From the human T2T-CHM13v2.0 reference genome, Homo sapiens: DNA of 64,000 nucleotides. Of the stretch, positions 1 to 13,992 are shown piece after piece. The stretch's first letter is position 1. Every line of letters starts with the position of its first letter. A model generated the notes under the pieces. It saw only the letters and a program-made list of their open reading frames with translations. It searched no databases and was not told the DNA's origin. The position numbers and the translations under genes are program-made. Where the stretch lies: assembly GCF_009914755.1 (NCBI RefSeq), contig NC_060927.1; one strand, 5' to 3'.

Positions 1-339
1 TGGTGGAGTACAGGGGACTTTTAAGGCAGTGAAACTATTCTGTGTCTATAATAGTGGATGCTATAATGGTGGGTACATGTCATTACACATTTATCAAAAC
101 CTGTAGAATATTCAACACAAAGAGTAAACCATAATGTAAACTATAGACTTGAATTAATAACACTGCAACAATATTGACTCATCAACTGTAACAAATATAC
201 CACATTAATCCAAAAAGTTAATAATAGGGGAGGCTGGGGAGAGAGGTAGGACAAGGAAGTGTATGAGAAATCTATACTTTCTGCTCAATTTTTCTGTAAA
301 ACTAAAATTGCTCAAAAAATAAAGTATGTTAATTAAAAA
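1..339 (+). mobile_element. Old L1 (L1MC-type) 3' UTR end
   Basis: GGCAGTGAAACTATTCTG...AATGTAAACTATAGACTT...TTCTGCTCAATTTTTCTGTAAAACTAAAATTGCTC followed by AATAAA and an A-rich end matches recalled L1MC 3' UTR motifs. Confidence 0.85.
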
Positions 340-3300
340 TTCTAATGATTGATAAAATATATGGTGACAAAAACTGTGGTTTTAGTGACATAGTTTTAAA
401 AATTGTATTTATCACAACAGTATCCGCAATACACTTGAGAAAACAAGTATATATGAGTAAAATATGTCTATTTTTTGCAGTCTCTAGACAACCTTGAGCG
501 CATATATGGAGCTCTTACAAACTCCACAGACCTGAAAGAATACAGTTTAGGAATCATTGCTGAAGGCTTCATAGACTTCTCTTGATTTAATGAATGAAAC
601 ATCTCCTTAGAAGATCGGGAGTATACTAGCAGCAGGTCAGTGTTGCTGGTGTCAAATCTCTCTTTCTTGACGCCAGGGGACTCTAATACCTTTCTCACTG
701 CAGAGAAGGGAGGACAAAATGAGAGGTTTTATGTAAAAGCATCTTACAGAGTGCCTAGTACACTGTAGCTGCTCAGTAAATATTAACCAAATCTGAATCC
801 GGTGTTGTAAAGGAGATCAATTATCAGGTGCCGGATTGGACTGACTGACATCCAATGTCTCCCCCTGGGATCTGTGACTCATGCCCCACCCCCTTTTAAT
901 GCTTTGGAAACTCATTTTTGTTATGAGCTCAAAGCTTTGTCAACATAAGACTGAGTATGGGAAATAGCTGCAAATAGCAGGAGAAATTTTAGGTGACACC
1001 CTATCTCACCCACTTTCCTGTTCTCCGTCATATCTCATTTTCTCATGTGCACCTAAAATCTGAGACTCAAAGGAAAAACTTCAGTGGAATTCAATACATC
1101 TCAGTGTTTAAGAAGAAAGTAAAATTTGTCCTCCATAGTGATATAGTAGCAGAAAAATTATAGAAAGACACTCCAAAATTACAGTGTTCTGGAGGAATAA
1201 AATAGATGCCTCTTATAGATAACAAAGCTCTCATTGCATTTATTCACTGGCAGTATTTATTCATTTAGCTCCAACTGTGTGTGAGGCACTGACAATGCTG
1301 GGTATGGGGCTGGCTGGCACTATTTGATAAAAATGTCCTTTCCATCCTGATCCTTGTAACCTTGAGTACATAGGGATCCAACCATTCCCATCTGCTCTAC
1401 TGTGGTCCGGGAGCCTCTGCTTCCCCCATTTGTTGGGCAAATCACCAATCCTACCTTTGTAATGGTGAAAGGCCGAGAAACAAAGCTCCATGAGAAAATA
1501 TTTTAAAACTGGGGAGTTTTAATCAGTCATAAGAAAACCCAGCAAAGACATAATCCTTTATTTTGCAAATCTGAAGGACTATTATAGGGAAGGGGGTTTT
1601 CATAACTTTTTGGTGTAGAATCAAGAACAAGAATTACAAATCAGTTCTGGAAGCTGCTGGTAAACTGATGTCATCTCAGCCAAAGGGAGGATTTTTTAAC
1701 AGTGAGATGTTTCCAGATATGAAACAGACTCTGTCAGTAGCTGGTGAGTTCCCCATTATTGCAGATGTTCAGAGGTCAGATGGTCAACAGACAAGAGTTT
1801 GTAGATGAGAATATTTCAGCAAACTTGGAAACAGGGACACTGATCTTTATGACTTTACTTTCACTACAAATCTGTGTCTATGAGCATTGGCTGTATCCAT
1901 TGACTTCTGCATTACGGATCAGACCTCACAGCTGTGTCTATACATCATTTAGAGTTTGCAAAGTGATTTTCTTTACATGTTCTCATTAACTCCTCAGGAC
2001 AACCTTTTGAGAAAAATAGTTCAATGATCATTATCCTATTTTATAGTTGAAAAATCTAAGAATAGAAAAGAAGGAAAATCAATGATAAAGCCAAAGGAAA
2101 TGACCAATCTATGACGGGGCTTCACTCTTCCCACCAGGGAGTCAGAGACCAAGAATATTCATCATATTTTTAGAATGAAGAGATAAAAAATATCATATTC
2201 CAGAAAGGGGAGATAAGTTTTTCAAGGGAGTAAAAAGCTGTCACTAACATCCAAGATGAGCATGATGTTTTCTTTGTAGCTCAAAGAGCAGGAATTTGTG
2301 AGTCTTTGAAATCAACAAACTTACTACTAATGGGTCAGTGTCTTCTCACTCACAGAAGTCTCCTGAGTGAGATCAGGGTGAGCATTGACCAGGTGTGAGG
2401 AAGACAAGCCATTGCTTGCAAAATGGGAAAAAAAATCCAGGAGAGAGAGTGTGTCAGTCTAGGGATAATGTTGAACAGAGAACATCCCAGAGGGTGACCA
2501 GAAAATCAAGGACCACTTGTCTCTTTCCATAAGAATTTTTTGCATCTGGAAATGAGGTACAGTGATCCCTCAAAGAAGGTACAGATTGAGCAAACAGAGA
2601 ACTTCTAAAGGCTGATGAAGGGATTAAGTCTTCTTTAATGATCATGTTGTGTTTGTCTCCAAGGTCTTTCATCTGTAGATCTCAGAAGGTTTTGCAAACA
2701 TCAATTAAATGTTACTACATTCCTTTGGAGTAAATATTATTACATGCATTTGGCAGATAAGAAAACAGAATCTAAGAGGCTTGCCTAGGGGCTACCCTGC
2801 AAGATTCTAGGAGGCCAATCATCTCAAACATGAGCTGCGCAGAGCTCTGGGCCTCACAAGGAAGAAAAGACTGAGAATCTGAGAGTGTTATTTCCAGGCT
2901 CTGAGAAAGAAAGATTGCTGAAGGAATGTTCTCTACACTGGTCCACAAGTTTCTGGAGAATTGGGGAGGGCTTTTGCCTTATCAAAAAGATTGAGTCCCA
3001 AAATCACAGGACCCAGAGATTAGACTTCATGAATCACTCCTCAGTCCCCTAGTTAGATGTCATCTCTCCTCTTCCAAGCTGTCAAAAGCCATTGTTGTAA
3101 TTTCTCTTATATTCTACCTTGCGTTATAATTATTTGTGTTGGTGTCTGGTTTTTTTCATGAGCCTTCAAACAAGATTTACACTGTCCATTATGTTTGGAA
3201 TAGAATAAAACATCATAAAAATGTGTTTTGAATTTGAAGTAGAGTTTGTGGGAGGAAAAGCAGTAGACAACTTCTGTAAGGTGCAAGGACCAAAGTTGAT

Positions 3301-3524
3301 AATTTTGTCCTACCCAGAGACAACAATAAGGCCATCCTAGAACTCATATTTGAAGGTCAATAAAGGCACTTCTGGGTTTTCCTAACTGCCAAAATCTCAA
3401 TTTTTACACTAAATAGTAAAGTTCAGTTGGGATATCCAAGCCTGGTTAAAATTTAGTAAAGGAGTCTCATAGAAAGCCACATGGGTAAGTATATTTTGTA
3501 ATAACAGATCTTTATATGAGCATC

Positions 3525-3700
3525 ATATCTTATAACTTTACAAAGCATTTTTACAAGCACTTTCAAATTTGATCCTATTAAGACACCATGAGGTGGGCAA
3601 TAGAGACGTTATTATCTCATTTTATTGATGAGTTTCATCAAGGTTAAGTGACCTGCCCTGGGTCACATAGCTATCAAATAAGAGAAATGAAGCAGAAATC
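3525..3700 (-). mobile_element. MIR fragment
   Basis: ATTATCTCATTTTATTGATGAG...GGTTAAGTGACCTGCCCTGGGTCACATAGCTA is the antisense MIR core. Confidence 0.7.
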
Positions 3701-4149
3701 AAGAAATGTGGAGGAAGAGAAGAATGACCATTCTCTATATTCCATAACCTCCTTTCCGTTTCCAGCCTTCCAGAACTGGACTGTTCCTTGTGCTTTCTTC
3801 TTTGTCCGGTTCTGTTGCTTGCAACTGATGCACCAGTGGCGAACCCAGCAGAGTTCACACTAAACCTCTTTTGGTCTTGCTGAGTCCTCATCACCCTGTG
3901 GCAGTACCTGTTCAGCTAGAAATGCAGAGCTCACCTGAACCCAATTTGACTTTCAAGGAAGAATTTAGTGGCAGGTGCAATTTTGCTAGTTTACAAACCC
4001 ACTTCGAGTGAGACAGAAAAGAAGAAGATCCCCATAAAAGCTGTCATTTGAAAACCCATTTTCAAATGCAGTTGTCCAAGCCCAAGGTGGAGAGATGGGA
4101 GACTTTTTGATTCCAGCTCCAGTGCCACCAACCAATTACGGACCTCTGT

Positions 4150-4390
4150 TGTCATTCCCCAGATATTTAATGAGCACGTAGTACATGTTGAATATTGTGC
4201 TAGGTGCCAAGGACACAGAAATGAATAAAATTTGTTTCCTGTTCTGAAATAAACAAGATAGACAAGCAAGCAGATAAAAACATTACAATGTAATTTGTGC
4301 TTTATGGAGTTGAAACACTGCAGTAGGAACCAGCAGAGGAGGTATCTAGTCTGAGAAGTCTTCCTGGAGCCAAAGAGTATTTCAAGAGCA
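4150..4390 (-). mobile_element. L2 3' fragment
   Basis: ATATTTAATGAGCAC...TGTGCTAGGTGCCAAGGACACAGAAATGAATAAAA is a typical antisense L2 3' end. Confidence 0.7.
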
Positions 4391-6090
4391 GGGCCTTCTG
4401 AGCGCAGGGCTCTGATCAGTTGCATGATCTGCTCACTCATGAAACTGCTCTTGCCTACAAACTTCCTCTGTGTTGCCCTGTTTCTCTCTTGAGGGGAGCA
4501 CCAACACAAGTGGGTACAACAGGGTGGTGCAGAAATTGAGACATTCTGAGACTTAGCAGTGACCTGCAGCTGCCAGCCAGGAAAACCCATGAGGCAGGAT
4601 AACAGCTGAGTGAGGCGGCGACCAGCCACTGCTGGAAGAGGTACTAGGGGCAGGGACAAGCTGAAGCTCCGGACTGCCAGTGACTGCAAGAGCTGCAGTG
4701 GGCCTCCACGTGGTGGGAGGGAGTGATTGTTTTCAGAACAGCAGCAAACTTTTCCCAAAGGCCCAAGGCCCAGCTTCAGTAAAGCTGTAAAGAGGCTTTA
4801 CTCACTTCTAATTTCTCCATTACGTTCAATTCCCATAACCAGAGGTAAACAGCATTTCTTGCAAAGTGGGTACTACTAATCCAAATATATAAAGATGCTT
4901 TCCATACTTCTAAAACATCACGCTTTATGCAAGGGAAACTTTTAGCTGAAAGACTCCACTGGCAGCAAAAACAAAGACAAAATTAGTCCTGCAGGTGGGT
5001 GAGGATGTGGGCATGGGCTACACTCTCAACAGTGCCATCTGCAGCTTTCAGTGACTCCCCCAAAATCACCATCATTGCACCCTCAAGCCTCTACCTGCTT
5101 CTCGGACACTGCCTCTACTAAAACAGGAAGCATTGGCTACTTGACATTTGCATGGCAATAATTTGGAGGCTGGCCAATTCACTCTCTGTTATTCCACAGT
5201 GAGCTTTCCAAGCCAAGCCTTTGGACCAATCAGCTTTATATTTTTCAATTCGTTAGCATGCCATGAAGAACTACAGATTAAACATCAACAATCTTTCCCC
5301 CCTCCTTAATAACCCTAATATTCTAGCTATCTATGAAGATAATTAACCTTCTTAAAGAAAAGTGCCCTAGGAAGCTTACCTTGACACAACAGACAATTAT
5401 CTTTGTTTAATCGCTTTCTTTAAAAAAATTCTAATATTAGTGTTTAGCTTAGTCCTCCTGTACAGGAGGACAGTGATGGCTGCTCCCTACGACACTCTCC
5501 CCAACCTCAAATCTCATATGACGGTCATTATCGTCCCCAGCATGCTTTCAGGAAGTTGCTTTATTCTTGCTACTTGGCAATCAGACTTGAGCCAGAGACC
5601 TGCCAGGCAGCAAACTGCTAACAAGCCTCCAAGGCAGATCAGATTTTCCTGTCCAGTATCGTGATGAGGGAAGAAGACAAATGACCTGGCCAAGGTCTTG
5701 GAGCAAGGTGAACACCCTCTGTTTACTCCAGTATCTGACCCATCCAGCCGCACTCCCAAATATATTGCATTGCTCATGAATTGCCTCCACGTTATTTGCT
5801 GAGTGTCCACTATGTGTTGCCCCTCTCTGCTAAACCCCAGATGTTCAGACATTAAGATGAGGGAAGAAGACTGCAGCCAGTTCACTGATCAGGGTCTGAT
5901 TCAACTAACCATGATGCTGAAAGTGATTCTTTTGCTTATTGCATCAGGACATACCTAGCATATATTTGTGTCAGGTCCTTTAGAGACTTGCTTGAATCTC
6001 ACCTTTCCTAAGAGCACCCACAAACTCACCCCATGGGAATTAAGCTCTCTTCAACAGAGAGCCCATGTCATCCGATTAGACTTCTGCCTT

Positions 6091-6391
6091 TGTTTTTATT
6101 TTTATTTATTTATTTAGAGACAGAGTCTGTCACCCAGGCTGGAGAGCAGTGACACGATCTCAGCTCACTGCAACCTCCGCCTCCCTGGTTCAAGCAATTC
6201 TTATGCCTCAGCCTCCCAAGTAGCTGCAATTACAGGTGTACATCAGCAAGCCCAGTTAATTATTGTATTTTTAGTAGAGACAGGGTTTCACCATGTTGGT
6301 CAGGCTGGTCTCAAACTCTGGCCTCAAGTGATCTGCCTGCCTCGGCCTCCCAAAGTGTTGGGATTACAGGCATGAGCCATAACGCCCAGCC
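6091..6391 (-). mobile_element. Alu, full length
   Basis: T-rich tail, two antisense monomers, TSD-like TCTGCCTTT on both sides. Confidence 0.97.
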
Positions 6392-6867
6392 CAACCTCTG
6401 CCTTTCATTAGATCTACTTGTATACTATGAGAACATTTCTTTGACTCTGTACATGGTACTTGGTACATGGAACAAAGTAGGTGCTTAATCAGTGCTTGTC
6501 AAATTACATATATACAAGATGATGAGGCACCTAATACAGGAGGAATGAGATGACTGTTAACTATGGCTGTGGCTGTTATAAAGATGAGAATTACTGAAAC
6601 GACAGTGAAGAAAGTCATTTTTCCTTTTTCCTAAGAGCTCATTATATCTGGACAAAGGTAATGTGTCCCTGTTCTCCTGGGCTCTTCTAAACGGAGTCAT
6701 GTTCATTCTTTCATGTTTGGATAATCTCACAATGAGCTACTACATCTATTCTGTTATCTAAATTCCTCAGTAAGCCAGTAAGACAGGTATGAAAAGGATG
6801 CTCATCCCAATTTTACCAAGGCCAACAGGGGAGGTGACTGCTCCACATTCAAGAGTTAATAAGTGGT

Positions 6868-7176
6868 AGCTGGGGTGTGGTGGCTCATGCCTGTAATCCC
6901 AGCACTTTGGGAGGCTGAGGTGAGCAGATCACTCGAGCCCAGGGGTTTGAGAGCAGCCTGGGCAATATGACGAAACCCCGTCTCTACCAAAATTACAAAA
7001 ACTTAGCCAGGCATAGTGGAGCGCACCTGTAATCCCAGCTACTAGGTAGGGGAGCTGAAGTGGGATGATCACTTGAGCCCAGGATGTGGAGGTTGCAGTG
7101 AGCTGAGATCATGCCACTGCACTCCAACATGGGTGACACAGCGAGACCCTGTCTCAAAAAATAATCATAATAATAA
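6868..7176 (+). mobile_element. AluJ inserted in a MIR relic
   Basis: J-type GATCACTTGAGCCCAGG; flanks AATAAGTGGTAG / AATAAGAGGTAG. Confidence 0.95.
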
Positions 7177-7959
7177 AATAAGAGGTAGAGCCTGAACTCA
7201 AACTTTCCATTCTTAGTTTGAAGTTCTTAGCATCGAACATCCCAACAATTATAATAATTACAGAAAACTAAAATCAACAGAGCTTCAATTAAAGAAGGTT
7301 TTGTTTCTACCTTCAATTTTTTTTTTTTTGGCAACTCCCCTAATGTAGTTGATTTGTATAATTCTAAACTGGGCTATGTATTTGTTAATAGTCCTTAATA
7401 AACAGACTCAGTTGTACCAGCATGCAAAGAACACAGGTGAGAAAGGGTTCCCTGAAGCTCATTTGCATTCAGTTATCAAAATAAAATATGAAAAGTACCT
7501 CACAGGAGAAATCAGAAATTTTGAAACACTGATATTTCACAGTCCAGTGATTCTTAATAATTCTAGAGAAACGAGTGCCTGTCCATGTCTGTAACTGTTC
7601 TTTGCCCACACTTATATTTAGTTGAAGGGGATGCTGATGAATAAATAAAAGCAAATTGCTACCGACACACAATATTGGTTCAGGTTTATGCTCTAACTGC
7701 TTGAGGACACTTTGTGGCTAAGTTTCTCTTATTGATCATATCATGGCTGCAATCTACTTCTGTTTAGAGGAACTTTGTTGCTCAGTTTTATACATGCAGA
7801 AAAAAAAAACTGGCCATGCAAACAGAGATAATCTATTACCTTTTAAATGAAATTAGTAAATAACATTTATGTCTTTTTAGAACAACCGGAAACTGGGCAT
7901 ATACTGGAGCAAAATTTAATCAGCAGTTAGTTATTTCTTTGCCATTAGAACATGCTGAG

Positions 7960-8257
7960 GGCTGGGCGCAGTGGTTCATACCTGTAATCCCAGAACTTTG
8001 GAAGGCCAAGGTGAGCAGATCACTTGAGGCTAAGAGTTCGAGACCAGCCTGGCCAACATGGTGAAACCCCATCTCTACTAAACAATACAAAAATTAGCCA
8101 GGTGCGGTCGTGTGTGCCTGTAATCCTAGCTACTCAGGAGGCTGAGGTAGGAGAATCACTTGAACCTAGGAGGCGGAGGTGGCAGTGAACAGAGATTGCG
8201 CCACTGTACTCCAGCCTGGGCAACAGAGAGAGACTCTGTCTTGGAAAAAAAAACAAA
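7960..8257 (+). mobile_element. AluS
   Basis: Full dimer; perfect TSD AGAACATGCTGAG at 7947-7959 and 8258-8270. Confidence 0.97.
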
Positions 8258-9864
8258 AGAACATGCTGAGATTGAGGTGCCCGTATCACTGTATACGTGT
8301 TTTGTTTCCATTTCCCCTCTTATTTCCTATCCAGTTTAGAGAAATATTATCCCAGTATGAAAATTGATAAAGCAATTATAGAATAGAAAAAATTTCCCTA
8401 CTGTATGTATATCTGTTACTTGGGGAATTTTTTCTCTACCTAAAATGTCTCTATTCTGATGATGCTTTCAGTGTAAGCAGCTAAAAAGGTGGTATTTTCC
8501 TACTTCTCTGCACCCCTCCCTGGGTGCAGGGAACTGGGGTGGCTTTGCCAGTGGACCTCTTAGAAGTAGGGCCATGACTCGTGAACCTTCCTGCTTCCCT
8601 CTTCTTGCCTGAGCCAGGCTGTCCCAGAGAATATGTGTTCTCCATTGTCCTTGACACAGTGTAAACTAAGCAAACTAAAGTCCTGGATGTGTGGGAGGCC
8701 TTTACTGGACCAGCCCTGCTGGTGACAGTGTAGGGAAGTCCATAGAATCCTGGGGTCAGTATTAGGAAGCTCATTTACCTGGAGACACAGACCACCCTCT
8801 CCAGAGGGGGTAAGTGATGCAAGCACAGGACACAGCAGGTGGGGGAAGCTGTTTCCTCATCAGACTGAAGGATTCACCAGATACATTGAGTGAATTAAAG
8901 CAAAAGTAAAGTCAGGACAAGACCTGGGGATGTCTTCATTTCTGGCTGCTTACACCATGCTGTGGCTATGGCTAGCAAGAGCCTGTGGAGTACAAATACC
9001 GTGCACAGACCTTCAGCACGCTCCCACACAAAAGGCTTCCCCAGTGAAAGCCAGCATGGCTGGCGCTGGAGCTGGTTTCCACATGAGGTTTTCTTTCCCC
9101 ATCAGGGGATCTTGCAGTTATCATAACCCTCCCTTTCCACTTTCTTACACTGCATACCACTGAGGTAACACCCCTCAAGCAATTTCTCTTTTACATGTAC
9201 AAACACATCCTCTCCAGTCCTCTTCATCCTTGCCTGTTCTCCAGATCTTCTCCATTTACCACAGGAAAATCTCTCTTCTTCCTTCTTTCCCACTCATGAA
9301 TTCTGACATAAGCCCCAAACCACTCTTAGACTGACAACCGTAAGAGGTGTGCACATGACACCGCAAGTGAAAGGCAAAGGAAGACTTACACTTTGTAGTA
9401 AAATTAGACACTACAAGTAACCAGTGTCATCAGCCTCTTAAAGTCCTTGAAAATGCCCAGAAGTTACTTTAAGCCATTCTGCAAAAGTCTCATTCAATGT
9501 TTTTCTCAACTACTAATATGCCAACTAGAAACTCAAACAAAAATATCACCCTACATATTAAATTACTAGAGCATGTTTGACTATTTTTAATACAAACATA
9601 CCATGCTTCAGTTGTGGTATGGGGATAAGAGACATGAGAGAGCTGGGCTGGGTCTTCGGTTGCCATTGAAGCATTATCCAGCAAGCATGCCCTGAAATCC
9701 AAAGAACCAACTGAAAAACACCTGCAAACAATTCACTGCCAAGTTGTACATGTTTTGGGATCCTTTGAGAATTCCTCAAGATGTTCAATGGCTGGAGTTG
9801 AAAAGTGGAGATGTGCAAATTGATCATTTGGAAGAATGTTGAATCTCTTCTCAAAAAATGCTGA

Positions 9865-10322
<458 letters not shown>

Positions 10323-11196
10323 TAATTCCGCAGCCATGGTTACTGCACACAACGAGTCCTTTTGTTGTCACACCTGTCAGGCAACATGCAACAGGGCTCG
10401 AGACACAGCACGGAGTACAAAACAGAATTTTAAAGGAAAACTTACAACGTAAAAGTCGGTAGTAGAAAGCCAAAAGGCCAGTCTCATGCTTTTCCTAGGA
10501 GAGGCATATGAAAGCCAGGATATCCTGCAAAATTTGTCATGGGGTGCATGTTTCGTTTTTAAAGGTCACATATTGAAGCATACTTGCGTAGGGGAACAGT
10601 GGATTGTATGGGTGCCAGGCTGTCTGGCTTTCATATGCCAGTGGGTTTAGATGTTTACAGGAGTTATGTGAAAGAGCCAAGTATCTGACACCTGCAAACC
10701 TTGGAATCACAGAAGGCTGAGTTCAGAAAGAGACCCCCTTATGTAGAAAAGGCCTCCTGCCAGGTCCCATCAGAAGCTGAATTTGGGTGCAGCCCCTCCT
10801 GCTGGGAAAAGCAGAGGTCTTTGATCCCAAAGAGGCAACTGTCCAGGCCACCAAGAATGAGTTCCCAGGGACATTTCTAGGTAATCATGCCTTTTGCACC
10901 AGAGTGGGACTCTGAAAGTTGTCAACAATGTGTCTTCATATCAATCTAATTGTTTGCCAGGCTCCGTGACTCTTCGTTTTTCAAAGTTACCTTTGAAAAC
11001 CTGCTTTTTGAAAACCACTGTACCTGTCCTCCATCTTCCTGGCCACTGCCTTCCCTCATGTGCCCATTATCTCTTGCTTGGTCTACTGCACCCTCTGCTA
11101 ACCATTCTTCCTGCCTCTATTCTCTCCTAAGGAAGCCTATTTTGCACACCACAGTAAGCATAACACTCCTGAAGTACAAGCCTGGCCTTGCTCCTG

Positions 11197-11604
11197 GTAT
11201 CACTCAGAATAGGTTAGGCTATGCTGCAGGAACAGGCAAATCCAACATTACAGTGGCTTAAAACAACAGAGGTTAATTTCTCACTCTCACAACTTGTCCA
11301 TTGTCTGGCAGCTGGGGATTCAGCTCCACATCATTATTGTCCTTACTCTAAGACCCAGGCTGATGGACTAACCACTCTCTGAAATATTGCCGAAGATGTA
11401 GAAGAGAGAAAAGACAGCCCTGGAGGGTCTCACACTGATAAGTAATGTTTGCCTGGAAGTGGAAGATGTCACTGCTGCTCACAGTTCATTGGTCAGAACT
11501 TGTTCATGGCCCCACTCACAGGTGTCCAGGAAACAGAATCTTATCATGTATCCAGAAGATATGGACCCAGAAATATTCAGCAAACAGCATTTATGACTAT
11601 TGTA
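11197..11604 (-). mobile_element. MLT1 (K-like) ERVL-MaLR LTR, preceded by an L2 fragment (~11010-11190)
   Basis: AGGTTAGGCTATGCTGCAG...CAGTGGCTTAAAACAACAGAGGTTAATTTCTCACTC...TCATTGGTCAGAAC motifs. Confidence 0.75.
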
Positions 11605-12597
11605 TTACTTCTTTGCTTAAAAAAGCAAGCAAGCAAACCAACTGATAGCTTCCCGTGTTTTCCAAAATAAAGTCAAAATTCAAATGCCATCCCTTCCATG
11701 AAGCCACCTATAATTTCCCATTGGAACCAACCTCTTCTTAACTCCATACTTTTATAATGGCCCAATCTGTGCTGTTTATGGTACTTAACACAATTTATCT
11801 TCCTTTAAAATGAATAATGTTTATAATTTAGTCACAAGGCTAAACAGGACTTAAAAGATCATCCAGGTCTTAAATCTTCCATATCTTGCCAAGTCTTCCA
11901 CAATCTCTTCAGAAATCCACAATTTGTGAGGAACGCCCTGCCCCTCAGGTAGTTCATTCTACTCTTCCAAACCTGAACAGTACTGATGATTTAAAAAGCA
12001 AAAATGATAACACATTTTAAATCCTTCATCATATGAAGCTAGCACCTACATGCCCCATTTCCAAACAAGGAAACTGAGACACTATCAGCAGAATAAGAAA
12101 TTTTATCTTAAGTAGCAAATAAATTAGCAAAGAAAAGTTCCATTTTAGTTTATCTCACTGTGTTGCTCAGAAGCTTCTCTGCTTCTGGACTGTGATGTAG
12201 ATAATCACCAAAGAGACTGCGAGGGATGGAAAGACACCAAGGCAACCACCCTGCCTTGTTTACCAAAAAATGCAAGGGCACCTTTTGCACAGCTGTGCTG
12301 AGTGGAAATGTTTAGACAGAAGGCTGTGTGGTCCTGAACAGATGTGATGGTGCCGTGACTCACGGTTGGACTGTCAACCCGAACTGCTGGGAACACCATA
12401 CGTCATGATCTGGGTGGCCCCTGAGCAGAGCAGTAGAGGCAACCTGCAAAGGACTCTTCCTCATTATCAACCAAACCCAAGAACAAAAGCCTACCAAGCA
12501 TGCTATGTGGCATTACTGACTTCTGACGGCAAATAACACCACCTCTGTCCAGAAGTGTCCTTAGCATTTTCTGATGCCTTCTTTAGTCATCCTGTGA

Positions 12598-12951
<354 letters not shown>

Positions 12952-13679
12952 TAGAATTATTGACACTCACTCACTATGTGACCCTGGAGAATTCACCTCA
13001 ATGTCATGACAAGTGTAAAATGGAGCAAATGACACTTTCTCAGATGGAATAAGAATCAAGTAGTAGACAAAAAGTGTCCTGCCATGGCCTGGCTCAATAA
13101 ATCATAGTTCCTTCTAGTCTTTCTTTTAGCCTAGAGCAACCCTTGACCTGGAACTTGCACATTAAAAGTCCCAGACCATCTCTCCCCGAGGTGTCCTCTT
13201 CTCTACTGGGTGAGGAGTCCACAGGCCCCAGGGAACATATTCACCCAAAGTCATGTTCAGCTTCTAGACCATCCTTTACAAACCCAGGATTCCAGAATTC
13301 CCTGACCACATTACCCCGAATCCACTCTTAGGGCCTTGCTTCTCCAGTCTGTCTTGCAGAGGGCAAAACATGATTTTAGTGTGTGCACACTTAGGTCAAG
13401 GGGCAGCTGTGTGCAGGGTGTAGGGATGGGCAAGGGTGGGGACTGGGTTGTGTATGGATCTTGGGAGTGAGGCTGGAGCTCACATGCATGTCTGTGAGGT
13501 CATTACAAAGCAGAAGCAATTAGGAGTGGGGAAAGAAAGGGGCAAGCTATAGGCCAGGGTCTCATTTTATATACTTGCCTTGGGCTTCACAATCATTAGG
13601 GGAAGAACTTACTCCCTCTCTCGTATTTGTAATCTTAGTCTAATCTAATACATGATTCTGAAGATACAGTACTCCTTTC

Positions 13680-13961
13680 CCTCTTTTAACTAAATAGTAT
13701 TCCATTGTAGATGTATATCAGAATTTATTTATTCATTTGTTGATGGACTTTTGGTTTTCTCCATCTTTTGACTATTGTGAATAATCCTGCCATCATTAAC
13801 ATTGATGACGAATTAACTGTCGGAGTCCCTATTTTCAGCTTTTTGGGATATACACCTAGGAGTGGAATTGCTGGGTCATATGGTTATCCTGTTTAACTGT
13901 TTTTAAGGAGCCACCTAACTGTTTTCTGCGTGGCTGAAAAATTTTACATTCCCACCAGCAA

Positions 13962-13992
<31 letters not shown>

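Noticed and set aside
3991-4758. Longest ORF (255 aa, minus strand)
   Set aside because: Non-ATG start, runs through an L2 relic, Leu/Cys/Ser-rich composition typical of non-coding DNA, no recognisable domain
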